Positions 53,328 to 53,897 of a stretch of DNA of 53,897 nt are shown here, piece after piece. The notes beneath the pieces were generated by a model. It did not search any database and had not been told where the DNA came from. It saw nothing but the letters and a program-made list of their open reading frames with translations. The stretch is from a virus. Its lineage: Duplodnaviria > Caudoviricetes. Position 1 is the first letter of the stretch, and each line of letters opens with the position of its first letter. The stretch covers positions 1 to 53,897 of the IMG/VR virus record IMGVR_UViG_3300013094_000063; one strand, given 5' to 3'. The position numbers and the translations under genes were made by a program.

Positions 53328-53897
53328 ATGTATTTACAATACTATGTCTATGCCTATCTCAGGACAGACGGAACTCCTTATTATATAGGTAAAGGAAAAG
53401 GCAAAAGAGCAACTTCTAAAAGAAAAGGTGAAATTACCTGTCCAAAAAATCCTGCTCAAATTATAATGGTCGAACAAAATCTTAGTAATATAGGTGCGTT
53501 AGCAATAGAACGACGATTAATTCGTTGGTACGGGCGTAAAGACTTAGGCACAGGCATTTTAAGAAACTTAACCGACGGTGGCGATGGTACTGTAGGAGTT
53601 CGACGGACTGAAGAACAAAATAAAAAAAATAGGGAAAGACAGATTGGTATTAAAAAGCCTATCATTTCTGCAAAGAATAAAATATCTTTATTAGGAAATA
53701 CTAATGCCCGAGGAAATAAAGGAAAACCAAAGTCAGCAGAACATAAACTAAAAATGAGTTTGTCAGCAAAGGGTAAACCAAAGTCAGAAGCACAAAAGTT
53801 AAAACAATCACAAGCTATGTCCGGAAGGAAACAATCTGCCGAAGTTATTGCAAAAAGAACAGGTGCTACTATAGGAAATAAATGGTGGAGTAAGGAT
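53328..53897 (+). CDS. GIY-YIG homing endonuclease with NUMOD3-like repeats (runs off window end)
   Basis: Hand translation: [28 protein letters not shown]...[31 protein letters not shown]...[12 protein letters not shown]...[12 protein letters not shown]; no stop before the end. Not in the ORF track. Confidence 0.9.
   Translation, partial: MYLQYYVYAYLRTDGTPYYIGKGKGKRATSKRKGEITCPKNPAQIIMVEQNLSNIGALAIERRLIRWYGRKDLGTGILRNLTDGGDGTVGVRRTEEQNKKNRERQIGIKKPIISAKNKISLLGNTNARGNKGKPKSAEHKLKMSLSAKGKPKSEAQKLKQSQAMSGRKQSAEVIAKRTGATIGNKWWSKD

Noticed and set aside
53165-53392. 75-aa ORF as an intact gene
   Set aside because: Its 3' two-thirds are the promoter, the leader and out-of-frame nuclease sequence; only the first ~23 codons from 53183 look protein-like.
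1-53897. Stop-codon reassignment as in some jumbo phages
   Set aside because: Genes up to 4480 aa are open in the standard code, and TAG, TGA and TAA all end recognisable proteins at the expected places.
1-53897. tRNA or rRNA genes
   Set aside because: Intergenic gaps are short and none shows a cloverleaf with a T-loop; not confirmed by tRNAscan.

Overview
Segment of a large T4-related (jumbo-type) myophage genome in the standard genetic code. It has three blocks. (1) 1-13.9 kb, mostly + strand, accessory and nucleotide genes: HIT hydrolase, CDGSH-like Fe-S peptide, QueE, T4-type RNase H, MoxR AAA+ ATPase with a VWA/metallopeptidase partner, a ParB-like protein and thymidylate synthase. (2) 13.9-48.9 kb, - strand, tail fibre and baseplate genes, including a 4480-aa protein and gp6/gp25/gp5/gp53-like genes. 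(3) 48.9 kb to the end, + strand: gp55-like late sigma factor, gp47/gp46 (Mre11/Rad50) and an AT-hook-like protein. Sigma70-type promoters and T4-late-type (T/G)ATAAATA boxes are both visible. The most unusual signal is a set of free-standing homing-endonuclease-like cassettes: one HNH, one Vsr/EDxHD-like, two GIY-YIG/NUMOD3, plus a probable fossil. Each intact one has its own late promoter and a structured leader. The two GIY-YIG genes, 45 kb apart on opposite strands, share a ~70-nt leader whose stems differ in sequence but still pair. The HNH leader can fold into a three-way junction with a perfect 7-bp kissing loop over the ribosome-binding site. The cassettes appear to insert into the ends of host genes and replace them. 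All assignments come from motif recognition by eye; no database searches or folding programs were run.
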